A stretch of DNA of 61,582 nucleotides, taken from Paraphysomonas bandaiensis. Lineage: Eukaryota; Protista; Chrysophyceae. Each line of letters begins with the position of its first letter. Positions within the stretch are counted from its first letter, which is position 1. The notes beneath the pieces are model-generated. The model was not told where the DNA came from. It made no database searches and was given only the letters and a program-made list of their open reading frames with translations. Of the stretch, positions 25,001-39,502 are shown piece after piece. Location: contig CBFFRP010000396.1 of NCBI GenBank assembly GCA_965644295.1, forward strand, positions 1 through 61,582, given 5' to 3'. The position numbers and the translations under genes were made by a program.

Positions 25001-27060
25001 GAGTAGGCTCAATTGTTCCTTCTCGCAAAACTTCTTTCCGAAACGGTCTTGCAGCTGCAGAAGAAGTTGTGTTTGAATTCAGAATATCGGCGTCTGTGTC
25101 CAATGTACATATAGTATGCAGACTAAGACTGGGCATGGGCTCACTCGGTACGGGATAAGATGGGATATCATCACAATTAGATGGTGTCAACAGCATTGTA
25201 TTCGTCGACTTCCCGTCTACCAAGTTAGCTTCATATTTACTTACTTCATTGTTTAGCTCCGTGCAATCCGCCCGGGCGCTGTTCGTTGCAAAGCTACTGT
25301 TTACTGACCCCGAGCTAGCTCTTGTAATGTCCTTGTCGTCTTCTTCTGTATCATCACCGGTGGATGGGTTAGACGGAGTTCGCTTGATTACTTTCTTTCT
25401 TTGGGACCTTCTTTTGTCCCTACTCTCTGTTGATGTCTGGCCACTGCTGGTATCACCAGCTGCAACACTGATGCCATCAATGCTTCCGTCACTGCTAGCT
25501 GTATGGTCACCCCCATCACACTCCTTTGACTCGGGTGGGGCTCGGAATGATGTCTCAGGGTGTGATTTCGACCTCGCTAACGGAGTTACGTCCAAGGGGT
25601 CAGGGGGAAGAATCGCCGATGTTGAGGGACTTCTATCATGTTCATCACATGACAACTTCTCAGATGTGACCCTTATAATTTTCAAATTTGAATTTTCCTG
25701 ACTCATAGCACCCGTACAATTTTCGATTCCCTGCTTGAGAGGTTCCATGACTTCGACTGGAGTGTGGGTGTCAACCTCCGCTGGCACCGCTACTCGATTG
25801 GAATTATCTGGTGTGGATGTCTGCACATCCGATTGTCTAAATCGAGTGACAAAAGAGTATGATAGTTGACGCAATTTTTCTGACAACGGTACAGATGCTG
25901 ATCTGCCCCCGCCCTCCGACGCACTTCCACGCAGTACAAAATCCTCTTCACTACCCATGCTCTGCTGCTTCTTCGATGGACCCAGAGAGTCTATTCTTAT
26001 CAGCGACAACGCCCGCATCCAATGAATTGCCTGACCAATTTTACCAGGCTCTTTACTCCGCATAACCTTCCGGCTTGATTTTTTTGTGAAGCTAGAAAGA
26101 GCAGGATTGTTGTCCTCTCGAAATCCCCCGCTATTTAGATGCCCCTGACCTGTAATACGCACCATGTCGATTCTGGGGCCAAAGTAAGTATGAGTGTATT
26201 GTAAATAAGAGCATACTTACTTGAGAAAGAGAAGCGGGTCCATGGTTTCTTCCTTTTTCCCACACTTTGAACAAGTTGACGTTAGCATTGTCACACCCTG
26301 CACTGCGTCGGAAACCAAAGAGCGCTGATACGCATACTCACTTCCACTTCGCTTCATCATCCAAACCGGACTGCAAAATTTGACAGAGTTAGTATTTCTT
26401 TCCACAAAATTTACGTAGCTATTTACGTAGCTATATGGGGTTGTACTTACCCTGAATCACTTAAGTTGACTTTCGGCTCAAAATGAGGTGGTACAATTTG
26501 CTGAAAACTTTCATGAAGTCTATGATAGTTTCATAAGGTATGGTGAATACTATGCTTTCAAGGTTATACTTACACTTCCATCAGATAGATATATGTGTCC
26601 TCAATAGAAGTATTTAAAATGGCTTCTTTAAGAACTGGAATCTGGTTCATACGTCGAATCAATACCGCAGGAGTTATTACCACTCGTTTATCTGTCCACA
26701 TCTCACACAAAACTTTCCGCAAAGCGAGGACAATATCACTGATAGAAAAGCATGAGTACAGCGCCATTAGCAGCAAGTGTTGCGAACAAACCTTCTGTTT
26801 TTTCTCTCGGTCTGGTCCTCAACTCCACCCACAGATCTAATATAATCAATAGGCGCCGTCCTTTAAGCAACAGAGAAACATAAGACGAGATTATCGGTTA
26901 CAGAGAATAATAACCTGATCATAAAGCATATCTGCTCAATGTTTGATAGGGCTTGAATGATGGCATTCACAAAACTAGAGTTGCCATAATTCACTAACCC
27001 GAGTTTGCCTTGTAACGAAAACTCATTCTTCGGCTCTCGAGAGAACAGAGTCAGATCCAT
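22049..27060 (-). CDS. USP-family (USP20/33-like, DUSP domains) pseudo-deubiquitinase, multi-exon
   Basis: GLVNYGNSSFVNAIIQAL Cys box, APEVLVIYFNRF, YDLAVVIEHAG, WFEYED; DUSP-like PGPICN and PGPISN...YGGGP. Confidence 0.85.
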
Positions 27061-27918
27061 CGCTGCTATATGTATCCGTGAATATGTACGTGCGGAACAA
27101 CTGCTCAGACACAGAAATAAACTGAAACTTGATTAAATCTCTGCAGATGACTTCAGGTAATAGTACAGATAGAGTTGGTGTACAGGCCGTCACAGATGAG
27201 TCATAGAATGCTCCAGACTCTCATGGAATAGTCCACGACACGCTGTGTCATGAAAGGCCACCATGTAGGGCTATTCTAATGTATCTCTTTGTGTTGCATG
27301 CTTCAGTTCAGCGGCTATTACTGTGAAGCCTTTGCTTGGTTTGTTTCACTTGTCGTCTCTGCAGTCGCCCATACATGGACGTCTATGTATGTATACGGAG
27401 ACTGGGTGCTGACATCTTCATATACAAAAACAGGTTCGTTTCTCTTGGACGTATTCATGGGTCTGTGGCTTCATTCATACGTACGATGATTCTTCTTCGC
27501 TCCAGTGCTCCGTGTGTCCTCATCATCCCAACATCGTCATTCTCAGTATCTTGTAGGCTAGTATCATACAGCATCAGCACCAGTTCAGACCACAGAATAC
27601 AGTGTATACCAGAATACTCTATGTGGTGAGATGGTACTGTATATATCTGTATTTCGCGGTATTTGAGATGCACAGACTGTGTGCTGTTCGAACTGCTGCT
27701 GCTGCTGTCTGTAGTGTATCATAGCGTATTGTGCCATTATATGATGTGATGTATAGCACTGCTGTGTAAGTATGGTATGCTACTGTAGCATGTACCAGTC
27801 CAGTGTACCTCACCTGGATGTTACTATCATCACATCCTCTCCTCTGCAGTGGTCATACAAAGCAATAATCAGGCTTTAAACTCTGGAGCTGTAACGATCA
27901 CTCCATTGCTGCTTCATT

Positions 27919-30900
27919 ATGATATCCTCCGTTGAAGATATTCTTCAGAGCCGCTCTGTTCATGAGTTGCGTGATCTGGTCCATGATCTCGACAGAGAGA
28001 GCAAGACCAAGCAGAGTGAGCTGCAGCAGATGGTGGGTTCAACATATCTCGACTTTATTCAGTCGGCGGATGCTATCAGTGACATGAGGGTGAGTGGTTT
28101 GTGCTGTATGACCTTTTCTGACAATAGAGTAGAAGAAGGCGGAGTTAATGGACCAGCAACTAGCATCGTTTGGTGCACTCTCTCAAGATATTGTGGATAA
28201 AACTAAGTTTCTTCTTGACCAATCAAGCGTGTTTGCATCTAAGTCTAAAACTGGTGCCGTTAGCACTGCTGTTAACGACTCTGGATCCAACGTAATTACA
28301 CCATGGAGATTTCACGGTAATTAACTAATGCCTTTTTCTTCTAAAACTCACTCTATGTGCAGAATTGGATAGCTCATCTGTGTGGTCATACTTAGATAAT
28401 TGCAATATATTCAAAGCTTGTCAGGTATTACCTCGTATATTATATTTCTTTTTGTTGACGAGATATTGGCAAGATACTTGTGTTATCTGAATCAGTAGTT
28501 CGCCACTGTGGGGATAGTGCAACCAATACCAAGACAGAACCCCACAGTTCTCCCATATTAGACAGTTTATTAGAAGGAAATGCGAAGGCCATGATGGCTT
28601 CACTACCGGGCGATGGGGAGCGGTGTGAGGCGCTGTGGAAGTGTGCCGGTGTGAGATATCTGCGTGAGGTTGTTTATATAACACATGCTGCCGTATGACC
28701 TGGTAATCTACTATTGTGTGCTGTGCGCAGACTGTTATCGATGACTGTGAGATTCTTCTACTATATGGAAACCTTGGTTTCGACGATGCCGCTAAAGTGA
28801 TGGCTGGCGTCGCAGGGCTTGATCTGTCATGTACCACCATAACGGAGACTGTACCTATGGATGCTTCGAATTTATTATCTCAATATCTTCGGGGTGTAGA
28901 GTGTCGAATCAAAGACATGTTCCCAGGAATGATAGGTGAAAATATATCTGAGGATGATTCACATGAGCATCGTGCAGTCAGAACAGCGGACTCATTAGCT
29001 CATGTGGTGCGGTTGCTGCAGCGCACAGTGATGGATATCTACACTATTTTCTTTCATATGGATGACGACACCACACAGACGATATCGCACCCGATACGTG
29101 GACTTTTCGGGTGTTATCTTCGTGAGTTTCTTGAGAGTGTGGTAGGTAGTCAAGGTGAGTTTGACTGGGCCAACTACGGAAGTACCCTCTCTGCGGGCTT
29201 TTCTCAGTCCACTGTCTTGTCTGTATGGAGAGAATGGATAGCTAAGCAGACAGAGTCTATTCAGCATGCCTGTGAGAAAGCATTTGCTCATATGAAATCT
29301 GCCACAGAAGTGGCAAGATTGCAGCGGGTGACCCTTCATGAGTGTCTTGGTGATGCCCTTGCGCAGTCAGACGGTGCTGCTGATGCATGTGAGAAAGTTA
29401 GCTTGTGGGACACTGCATGTAGACTGCTCTTGCGGCAGTCAAGCTACGTGTCTTCGTCATCTGGAACAGACAGTAGTGGCGGGATGCTACTGTGGTCTGC
29501 GGTTTTTAGAGACCCTTTTATTGCGCAGGTTAAGCGCCTTCTTAAGGTGTCGTGTCGTGATGTGTTCAACCGAACAAGGAGACGTATTGTGCGAACTATG
29601 TCTCGACTGGGCGTGCTGAACTCTCCTAAATCGATGTCAATGGGAGCACTACGTATTGACCCACATAGCCTAAAGTTGTCTTTTACTGTAGCCGAGGGAT
29701 TTAGTCAGGAGGAAGAGTACCAAGATGTGACTAATTGGAAGTGGGCTGAAATGGATATGGATCCGCAGGGTCCTATTGTATCTGCCAATTCATCGGACAT
29801 TTTTGTCAGTGCAGAAAAAATTCGTAGATTCTTGGATACAGAGATATCATCTTTAGTTGAAGAGCTCTTTGCTCCGGTAGGTGCTTTTACTTCCTTCAAT
29901 CAAATTTAATCGCTTTGTGTAGAGTCATAGTTGTGAAAATGTTGGTGCCAGTGACCCCGAGTCATTATACACATTGACCCGAGCACTACAAGTCCAATCC
30001 TGCGAGTTAATTGGACAGCTCATTGTTCTGCTACGTACTTTGTTACAGAGTTGCTTGTCAAGTCATAGGCAGTTATCCGAAGTCAACAGTACAAATAAGC
30101 ATCGAGCTTCAGGACATAGCACCATCCCATCTGTAACCTTGTATAGACAGACGCAGCTGCGAAACTGTATTCTATTTGTTTGTCGATTTGCATGGCTTCT
30201 CAAAACTCCTAATGGGCAATTTTTAGACGAAGCACTGAGCATGACGCCGGAATCCCTTTCGTTGCTTCGTAGCCGTGGACAGCGGATTGATCCATCCACT
30301 GCCCTTCGCAAATTCCAGGTCTCCACTTATCAATATATGACTTCTTATGACCAGCTTCAGTCGGCATTCGATATCGCTGACACAGATGGAGATGGTTATG
30401 TAACATTTGAAGAAGCTGTAGAGGTAAGTGTTAGTACTTTTTTTGGTAATAATGCTAATGTGTACATGTATGTTTTACCATAAAGGCGGTGCAGGCGCTA
30501 TGGATATCTCCCAACAGTGGAGATGAGAATGGAGGCCCTCCTAATCTTGATTTCTTATGGTTTGATGCAACAGCTGGTGTCGATCATGCTCATGAATTCC
30601 CAGCAGCTCTCAAGTATAGTATTGATGAGTTTCGACTGGTATGTGCACAGATGGTGTGTCCACCAACGAGCGCTCCGCAGTCCTCTGCGGCTGAGGAGGA
30701 CGTTTCGCCATCGTCGTCGTTAAATAGATGCTTGGATAGTTTAATGATGTCGAGTCTATCGTCGTGGGCGGGATTTATTGTCGATCTTATGAAAGTGTCA
30801 CTGCAATCGTCAATGGTTTCCGATTTCCCATTGGGTAAGCTTGTTGAATCCGCCGAGGACGATGGTCTGAGGCAGCGGATACCTTTCGGCATATCCCCGT

Positions 30901-31911
30901 TTACGGTGTGGTGGAAGAGTAGAGAAGTCGATCTTGGAGATACAGATGAAGGCGAAGCAAATAAAGAGAGGGTGCATGTACCCACATGCCCATCTCCGGC
31001 CGTATTCAGAGCTCTCGCCGCACTGAACAGAGCACTGAGCTCATCTTTTCTGTCTGTTGATACTACCCAGAGAATTCCCAATGTGAGTCGACTACAGTCA
31101 TCGGCTACATGCTGCTTGCTGGATTCTGCGAGAGATATCATATTCGAAAAAGGCTTGGATGCTATTGTGGAGGGAATGCATGATAGACATAGAAATTTAT
31201 CTGAGATAACACCTCGCATTTCATCCGGCAATTCTGACCTGCTTCAAAAATATGAAGATTATTGCTTACAAGTTGTGTTTGATGCTCAGATTTGTGAAAA
31301 AATACTGTTGTCGCCGTATTCACAATCGAGTGACAGCGGAAATAGTCTCAAAAGTAGATTGGATCTCTGTCGAACTATGTGGCACGATTCAATTGACCCG
31401 ATTAATACTCATCTTTTAGTCCCTCTGATGGAAGAGGAGGTTAGTTCATACATCCGTCGCTGTCATTTACTACTTCCACATCCCGGAGACTACACTCTTG
31501 TTCCACTCAAAAAGCTTGACGAATCGTTGGATACTCAAACCACGCTTCAGAGTATGCAGCAAAGCCTTAAGTCTGAGAATACTGATACCGCACTATCCAA
31601 CCTTTTTGCGAAGCCACCTTCTAGCGACAGATCATCTGATAAAAATACATCTAGGTGAGTATATTCTGATTACAATGCGTTAAATTGAAAGCTATGTGAA
31701 CAGGTTTTCATTGCTACCACTGCCTGTTAGTTTTGGAAACAGTGGGGGGAAAAGGTCCAACGCAGACTCATCGAACGGAAGTACTAGGAGTATCAAATCC
31801 AACACTATGTACTCTGAGGTCGGAGTTGATGGGGTTGACATTGATATAGATGAAAATGTTGATTCTGGAGGAGGGTTATCCGGTATGCTAAAAGGATTTA
31901 AAGCGTGGTAG
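27919..31911 (+). CDS. COG1: COG complex subunit 1 (Vps51/COG1 N-terminal domain), multi-exon
   Basis: KQSELQQMVGSTYLDFIQSADAISDM N-terminal motif; VPTCPSPAVF; IDP; C-terminal RFSLLP. Confidence 0.8.
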
Positions 31912-32319
31912 TATTCTATCTTGTATGAGTTGGTGTTTCGAGCACAATTGTATGAACTCGAAGATTAAAATTTATTTATAGTAATTTAGCTCTAATTTGA
32001 TGCGATTTCTTACAAAATATGAACTCGACTTGTTACAAAGAAAATGTCACTGCAGCGGATGTGATATTTTATGCACCCTTTTATACTGTAGAGATTATGA
32101 CCGAATAGAAGTAAGTATTGATGTTGAACATATTTGTTTTACAGACTTTCTTTACATACGTTCTTTCTGGAAGATGAGATATAAGGCCTTAATGTAGGAA
32201 TGTAAATTTGTCTTGGAGTGAGTCCAAACCAGTCCCAAATACTTAATGCTTTGTTTTCAAAAAAAGTATAACGTGACCCATAAGTTGGTAGTATACCGAT
32301 GAAAAAAATGTGTATAGAA

Positions 32320-32609
32320 TATTAGAATATGGATCTTATTCTAGATTCTAGTATATTCAGTATGTCACTTGAAGACAATGTACGAGAATACAGTGAAATA
32401 TAGTGATGTACAAATGCTGTGACGATATTGAGAAACTGAAATGGTTTGATCTTTCAAGATATGTTTAGTAACGAGAGGTTGGCATATGTAGGATAATATT
32501 ATGAGTTTGTGTTGTTTATCGCAACTTCGTGTAAACGATATTAATAAATCTATTTATTCTTTCGACAAATTCTTTCTGTGATCTAGTGAACAATGAGCAA
32601 TTTCCAACA
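32320..32609 (-). repeat. Dispersed repeat, probable solo-LTR remnant (inverted copy of 11304-11597)
   Basis: Ends ...ccaaca; reverse-complement match. Confidence 0.75.
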
Positions 32610-34148
32610 TATAATGTAAAACTCATATATTAAGTAAATTACAAAACCTTGTATGGATATATTACAATACTGCAATCGATATACTTTAGCGGGTTATTCA
32701 CTACAGCTCTTGGCAACGAGGGATTTGAGAGAACTGGAAATATCAAAATAGTAAAACACTTGTTTCCATGTAATCATGCTTTCTACTTTCGAGGGCAAGT
32801 GTAATATGAATCAAAATAGCAAAACAAGCACAACGATTTCTCCTTATGATGATAGGCTTACACTCCTCGCGATAAAGCGCAACTATGCGACAATGCAACT
32901 ATACGAACTGTTATTCATAGACTTAACAAATAACTACATAATACATAATAAAACACGTAGAATGGAATATATAATATATATACTTAGCTACTAGGGCTAA
33001 TTTCAAGACACTAGAACAGTATACGTTTTGTTATTAAGCTGTACATATTTTACTCCTACCCGTAGGTTGCTTGTGTATCAAATGCAGTCTTGATATTTCT
33101 TCGTAGAGATAAAAGCAAGCTAATTACATCCTCTACTTGATATAGGAATTTCTATTTTCACTACATATATAGTCTCTCTAACAACCCGTTGTAATGATAC
33201 CCTGTAAGGAATAGGCACGTCATAGTAACCAATCAATATCAGTATATCAGCAATCGCTCTTCAGTTGAAGCCTCATGTGTTATAGTCATCTGATGTATTC
33301 TCCGATAGCGCTATATGGAAGGAGTGTATTGACCCCTCTGCTGTGCCTGGTCCTCATGGTTTATTCCCTTTCGGTGGGTTGAAGGCTTCTTGCAATTCCA
33401 CTAGATGGAGGGTGTCATCATTTCATAGGCAATCTGTAAAAAATTGTTGGGTTTATTCACATCGAAACAGATTCCACTCCTGGGACAAAGACGGAATGTA
33501 TTACACTTAAATCACGTGGGCACATGTCAGCTTGCTTTTCGGACGGGTAGCGGCATTACACTGGGACATATATACGGTCGTTCGAAGTAATGAGGTACTG
33601 CATATTCTCTTTCTCTTCACAGGTAGCTATCAACGCGGAAACCAGAAACCAGATTCCGAGAATCGGGAAAATATTAACAGAAAGTGATGTGGACCGAACT
33701 CATCATACGATTATCTGCTCATGAGAGTCAACAGACAGATGACAGGAGTGTTCAACGACTGCTCAGATGTGAGCACTGGAGTCCCATATCCATACACTGA
33801 TACACTGCACAAATGGGACAGCGCATACGATCATATGTAGATAGATATCTGGATATCCAACATTCACACACTGCTCTTTCTTGTATTTTTCCTGGATTTT
33901 TAGATTTCTGAAGTTTTTTGTTGAAATCAATTTTTACTGCTCCAGTGTAAGCAAACATCCCCCCAAATCACCCATCACACAGCCAATCAAGAGAAGGAAT
34001 ACTATCAACAAGCTCTATAATTCGCTCCTGTTATTCTGACGACATGCTCTCTCAGTGGAGGGATAAGCGGATGAACACGTCACACCATAACTCCATGTTC
34101 GAACTAATTCACATCATTAATCCGATGGAATAGCACTGCTCGTTGAGT

Positions 34149-36877
34149 ATGCCTGGCTTATTACGCGGTGCCCGTGTCTCTGCAGGGGGGCTCAGAAGAA
34201 AGGAGTCTCCTGTCATCAGTTCAACAGATGAGAACAGCAATGAGAAGAAAACTATTGACACGAAGCCTCGTCAGGTGACTATATTCAGAGGGCTTGTTTT
34301 AGTGACTCTCTTTGTTGTTGCTATTCTATGTGGATCGCTCTCGTATATTATACTAAGCACATGGGAGGAGTCACTGTACCGGTCGCAATTTCTCGCTGCC
34401 AGTAATCAGTTAAATCGTTCTATATCTGATACTATTGAAAAGTTTAGTAACTCTGGTGGTGAACTTGCGGCTATAGCTGGCATGTATCATCCTAATGCGT
34501 CGACCTGGCCTTTCGTCACTATACCGAAGTATTACAAGTTTGATGTGGAGTTAAACAAGGTAACTGGTGGAACATATTCAGGGGTGCTTCCCATTGTTCA
34601 TGCTGACCAAGTGGCTGATTTTGAGGCGTATGCCAAATCCCACATCGACAGTGACCCATATATATCATCTTTTCCTCAGTTGTATTCCACATTGGGATTC
34701 GGAATATATAATTATTATAATAGTGGTTTCCAGTTCACCCCTGTATCTAAGCTCAACTCTTCCAGTGAATTTTATGTTCCGCTGTACAACGTTGCCTCTG
34801 TAGTACTTAATGATGGCATTCTAATGTATAACATGCATGATGAGCCATACAATCGCGCAGCAATGGAGGCGTGTCTGGACTGTGTTAATAATGAAGCACT
34901 GGATTCAACTCGTTGCACTTCCATGGCGGATTTCATTTTCGGAAAACTAGTACATTCAACTATTCTACGCCCTATTTTACCTTACAATGATTTGAGTGAA
35001 GTAGTGGGATTTGCAGCGGTTGGCTTCGATTGGGAAGACGAACTAGGTAAGGCATCTGTTGGCCTTCAGTCAATGAATTGCGTACTTTCATCGCCATCTC
35101 AAACTCATACGATTTCGGTGGAGGATGGAAAAAGTCAATACAAGGGACCTGGGCAGGTCTATAGTAGTAAATACTCTGATATGAGAAGGACATATACGCT
35201 CACTCTTTCCGATTCCAGTTCTGAGAAGTCAGTGTCCTATGTCTTAACTGTGTATCCCACTAACCGGTTTAGATCGGATTACAAATCAAACACACCACTG
35301 TACACATGCCTAGCGTCTGTATCTCTTATTTTTTTTACTTCGATCATATTTTTTACATATGATTACTTTGTCACGGAGGAAGATCGTGCTAAACAAGACT
35401 TAATTAGGATGAAACGAGACTTTGTGCGTTTTATATCACATGAGATCCGTACTCCTCTGAACACCGTCTCAGTGGGTCTGAAACTGATGGAAGATTGCAT
35501 CACGTCGAACAAGTGTATCTCCAAGGATGAACTGCTGGACCTCAACCGCGATGTACAATCTGGCTCTGCAGTTGCTGTAAGTGTTCTGAACGATTTGCTG
35601 AATTTTGATAAGCTTGAAGCTGGGGAGTTCCGTGTGTGTGAAGAACCAGTGAAGATATGGGGTCTCACTGAGAGCACGGTCAAAAGCTTCTCGATGATCG
35701 CATATGCAAAGGATATACGCATGACATGCACCTTTCAGAATGATGATGATTGTCCAATCAGTCAAAATGAAATCATTGTTATGGGTGACAATATGAAGAT
35801 CTCCCATGTTTTGCGCAATGTCATCTCGAATGCACTAAAGTTCACTGAGAAGGATGGCTTCATATCTGTATTTCTATTGTGGACGCCGTCAGTAACATCA
35901 AAGTGCTCGACAACATTCCAAAGGAAGATATCTACTAAATCGAGGTCGTTTTTGTCAAATAGCATGTCGTTTAAGTTCCAAGGACGAGGTAAACGGAATT
36001 TGGAGAGTCAGGAAGAGGAGGCTCCTGTGTTCGGTAAGATCACCATTGCTGTGAAGGACTCAGGGTATGGAATATCGGAGGAGAATTTGCGCTTGCTCTT
36101 TAGAGATGGGATGCAGTTCAAGGCTAATGAGCTACAAGCTGGACAGGGGAGTGGGCTGGGGCTGTATTTGTCTCGAAAGATAGTTCAAATGCATGGAGGG
36201 TAAGTGGTTTTAATTCCTTATATTAAATGTATATGTAACCAACCATTAGGCGCACATGGGCTACATCTGAAGGAGAAAACAAAGGGTCAACTTTTTTTGT
36301 AGAACTGCCAGCTTATTTGTCTCAATTTAGTCAAACAGATTCTAGGATGTCTTCCACAAAAGATGGCATGCGCTCACCGAAGCCCGATTTTAACTTGACA
36401 GCTGGAGTTGACCTTCCAGTCGATACTGTCGAGTTGTGCGACACACCCGCAAGTGTGAGCAACAAATATGTAACACCTGAATTAAGTAATGTCAGTAAGG
36501 CTGGCAATTGTATCAAACACGTCCTTGTGGTTGATGATACAACTTCTAACCGTAAAATGGTGTGCAAAATCTTGCACAATCGGGGATTTGTATGCACCCA
36601 AGCTAAAGATGGGAAAGAGTGTATTAGCATAATGGAGAATTCTGAAAATAAATTTGACTGCATTTTAATGGACTATGAAATGCCTATTATGAATGGCCCT
36701 ACTGCCACCCGGCAGTTGAGAGCTATGGGATATACACTCCCTATAATTGGTCTAACTGGAAATGTAATGCATGACGATGTGCACTATTTCTTGGATAGTG
36801 GTGCCGAACATGTGCTATCGAAGCCGTTTTGTATTGAGAGGTTTTTTGATGCTATTGCTCATGAGATTGAAGAGTGA
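34149..36877 (+). CDS. Membrane hybrid sensor histidine kinase (TM-sensor-TM-HisKA-HATPase-REC), intron 36200-36249
   Basis: FISHEIRTPLN H box, RNVISNALKFT N box, DSGYGI, GSGLGL, GSTFFVELP; receiver LVVDD, LMDYEMP, SKP. Confidence 0.95.
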
Positions 36878-37690
36878 TATCCATCCTCCAAACAAGTTGG
36901 TGTGATTGTCGTAATACTGCATATTTTTCATTCATATTTATGTAGTTTCCCGTATATTTATATTTAGGCTCGTTCTGGTATTGAATCGGCGAGTAGCTGT
37001 TCTGAATGTAGTTGCATTAATATGTGTTTATATTACTTTTAAATTAACAGTAATATGAATTTTAATTAATTTCGCGTTCTTCTGTGCAAAACGTAATGTA
37101 TATCAGAAAGTTAGTACATCCGTAATTGTGCTTCTCAGGAAGAGCTTTATCAGGGTGGGTACCTTTGTTACGCATATATAATTTTATTAAACAATACTAT
37201 ACTGATGCACTGTACTTGTTTACTTCGATCTTATATATTATATATATATGTATGTACTATGTACGTATGTACCGATTGTTCTAGCGGGCCTACTTTTATA
37301 ACATTATTACTGTAATTGTGGTTGTAATGTACAGATATATTTGATATATGATCAATGCCTATAGTTTTAATGTATAGATGTTGTAATAACAGATCTGTAA
37401 TCGAGGTAATGTTGACACTGGTATTGGAAGTGAGATGTAGTGTAGCTAAGTAGCTAAGTAGTTAGATGCAGTATGAAGTATGAATTACTTTTATTAGGGT
37501 CATCCATAATTGCAGGTACACACGCCTCTTGTCAGTATTACAAAGGACTTATTAGCTGGTGTACGTTTCTTTTATACAACACACCATATTCCCCTGACCC
37601 AACAATATCTCCGCGATAAACACTTTCTACTTTTACTTAAGTACAATACTAACACTTCTGAGGGGTTGTCTGATCTAGCAAAAATATTGT

Positions 37691-39502
37691 CTATAAACGC
37701 TTGAATTTCCAAGTACTTTTATCACCTACATCTTTAATTTCTAGCCCTGATTTCGTAGCAACATCACTTCTCACAGAATCACATAACTTCATAATGTCAT
37801 TTAAAGTCACTTGACAGGCATCACCAATATCAGTGCTGTTACTACCGGCCTGCTGATTTTTGTTTAACCTTTTGATAGTTTGTAATCCTTTCAGACATGT
37901 GGACCTAACGTCTGCTCTATATGATACAAATGTGCCTAAAGTATCTTGCGTGTTAAAAGTGTCCTCGTGCCGATGAACATGTGATGTCACTGGAGCCCCC
38001 ACAATACTTGTCAGGCCAGTCTGTTTGTATTACCATCATAAAGATATAGTATGAATAATAGAGCCCAACTCACCTCAGTATCTTCAACCACATGCAAGCC
38101 CAGTACTGATAGCATCTCGGATATAAATCCTTTCACAGCCGGGAGCGGGTCAGCTGGTCTATTGGTGGTATCTTCTAGTGAGCACCGTGCATGTGCACTA
38201 GCCTTGACAGCCAAGCATTGGAGATGTCCCAAAGCAGAGGGTGTATCGAAATCGTCTCCTAACGCCAGCTTAATGTTCCTGCGACACTCCATAAGAGAGT
38301 GTTGCAACTCCAAACCACGGGCATCCAAACGCGACGGTCTGTTTGGCGCACGCTGCAGCGATCCACAGAATTGTAATGCATCTTCAAGCTTCTTCCGCCA
38401 GACTACGGCTTCACCTATCCTATCTAAAGAAAAATGGAGTGCAGAGTGATATTTGTGCTGGAGAAAAAAAATTCGCAGGTCGGCTGCTGCGGTCCGGGCA
38501 TATGAACTGCACCGTTCGTGCTGTTCTCCTCTCCATCTTCCAGTTAGGTAGTCGTCAATAGTGATAAAATTCTTAAGACTCTTAGACATCTTCAAACCGT
38601 CAATGTGTAAGTGCCCAGTATGAAGCCAGTAGCTCACCCAGTGGTCACAGCAGCCATGGGCCTCACTACACGTACATGTAAGTGTCGAAAAATGAACAAA
38701 AACTGATTCGTTACCTCTGTGCTATCTCATTGGTATGATGTGGGAAGCGCAAATCGATTCCACCAGAATGAATATCCACCCCATGCCCAAAATACGCATG
38801 ACTCATTGCAGAACACTCAATATGCCAACCAGGTCGCCCACGGCCCCATGGACTTTCCCAGAACACTTCAGTGGAATCAGCATTGTTGATAAATTTCCAT
38901 AGAGCGAAGTCTCTTGGATCTCGTTTTCCATGTAAACTGACATCGTTGTTCTCCATTTCACGAACAGGAATATTCCCAAGCTTGCCATATGAATTAGCTG
39001 TGCTCGACACATCAAAGTAGACCCCAGTGTTTGTGGAATACGCTTTGCCCTCGCTTATGATCTTTTCGATATATAAAATGATATCGTCGATGTGCTCTGT
39101 GACTCGTAATACAGTATCTGGCGCTTTAACATTTAGAGCCTCCATGTCATAAAAAAAAGACGACTCGTAGTGTCTAGCCATATGCTTCCAGTCCGTCTCT
39201 CTCTCTCTCGCCCGGTGCACTATCTTATCGTCTATATCAGTCATACCCATAGCAAAGTTAATGTCAAACTTAAAGTAATCGACTAATACACGGCGCATTA
39301 TATCTGTGTTGATGTAGGTCCTCGCATGCCCGATATGAGCATCATCGTATACAGTGGGGCCACAGGCGTACCAGTTTAAGGGTCTATCAGAGGACAGCGC
39401 GGTGTGTCCCGCCACTAGACTGTTCCTTATGCGTACAGTGCACATACTCCTCATACAGACACGAGTCAACGCACTGGGATATAAGGAACGCTGCATGTAC
39501 AT
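37691..39502 (-). CDS. cysS: Cysteinyl-tRNA synthetase, probably organellar, 3 exons
   Basis: YACGPTVYDDAHIGHAR, DFALWK, GRPGWHIECSAM, KMSKS. Confidence 0.97.
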
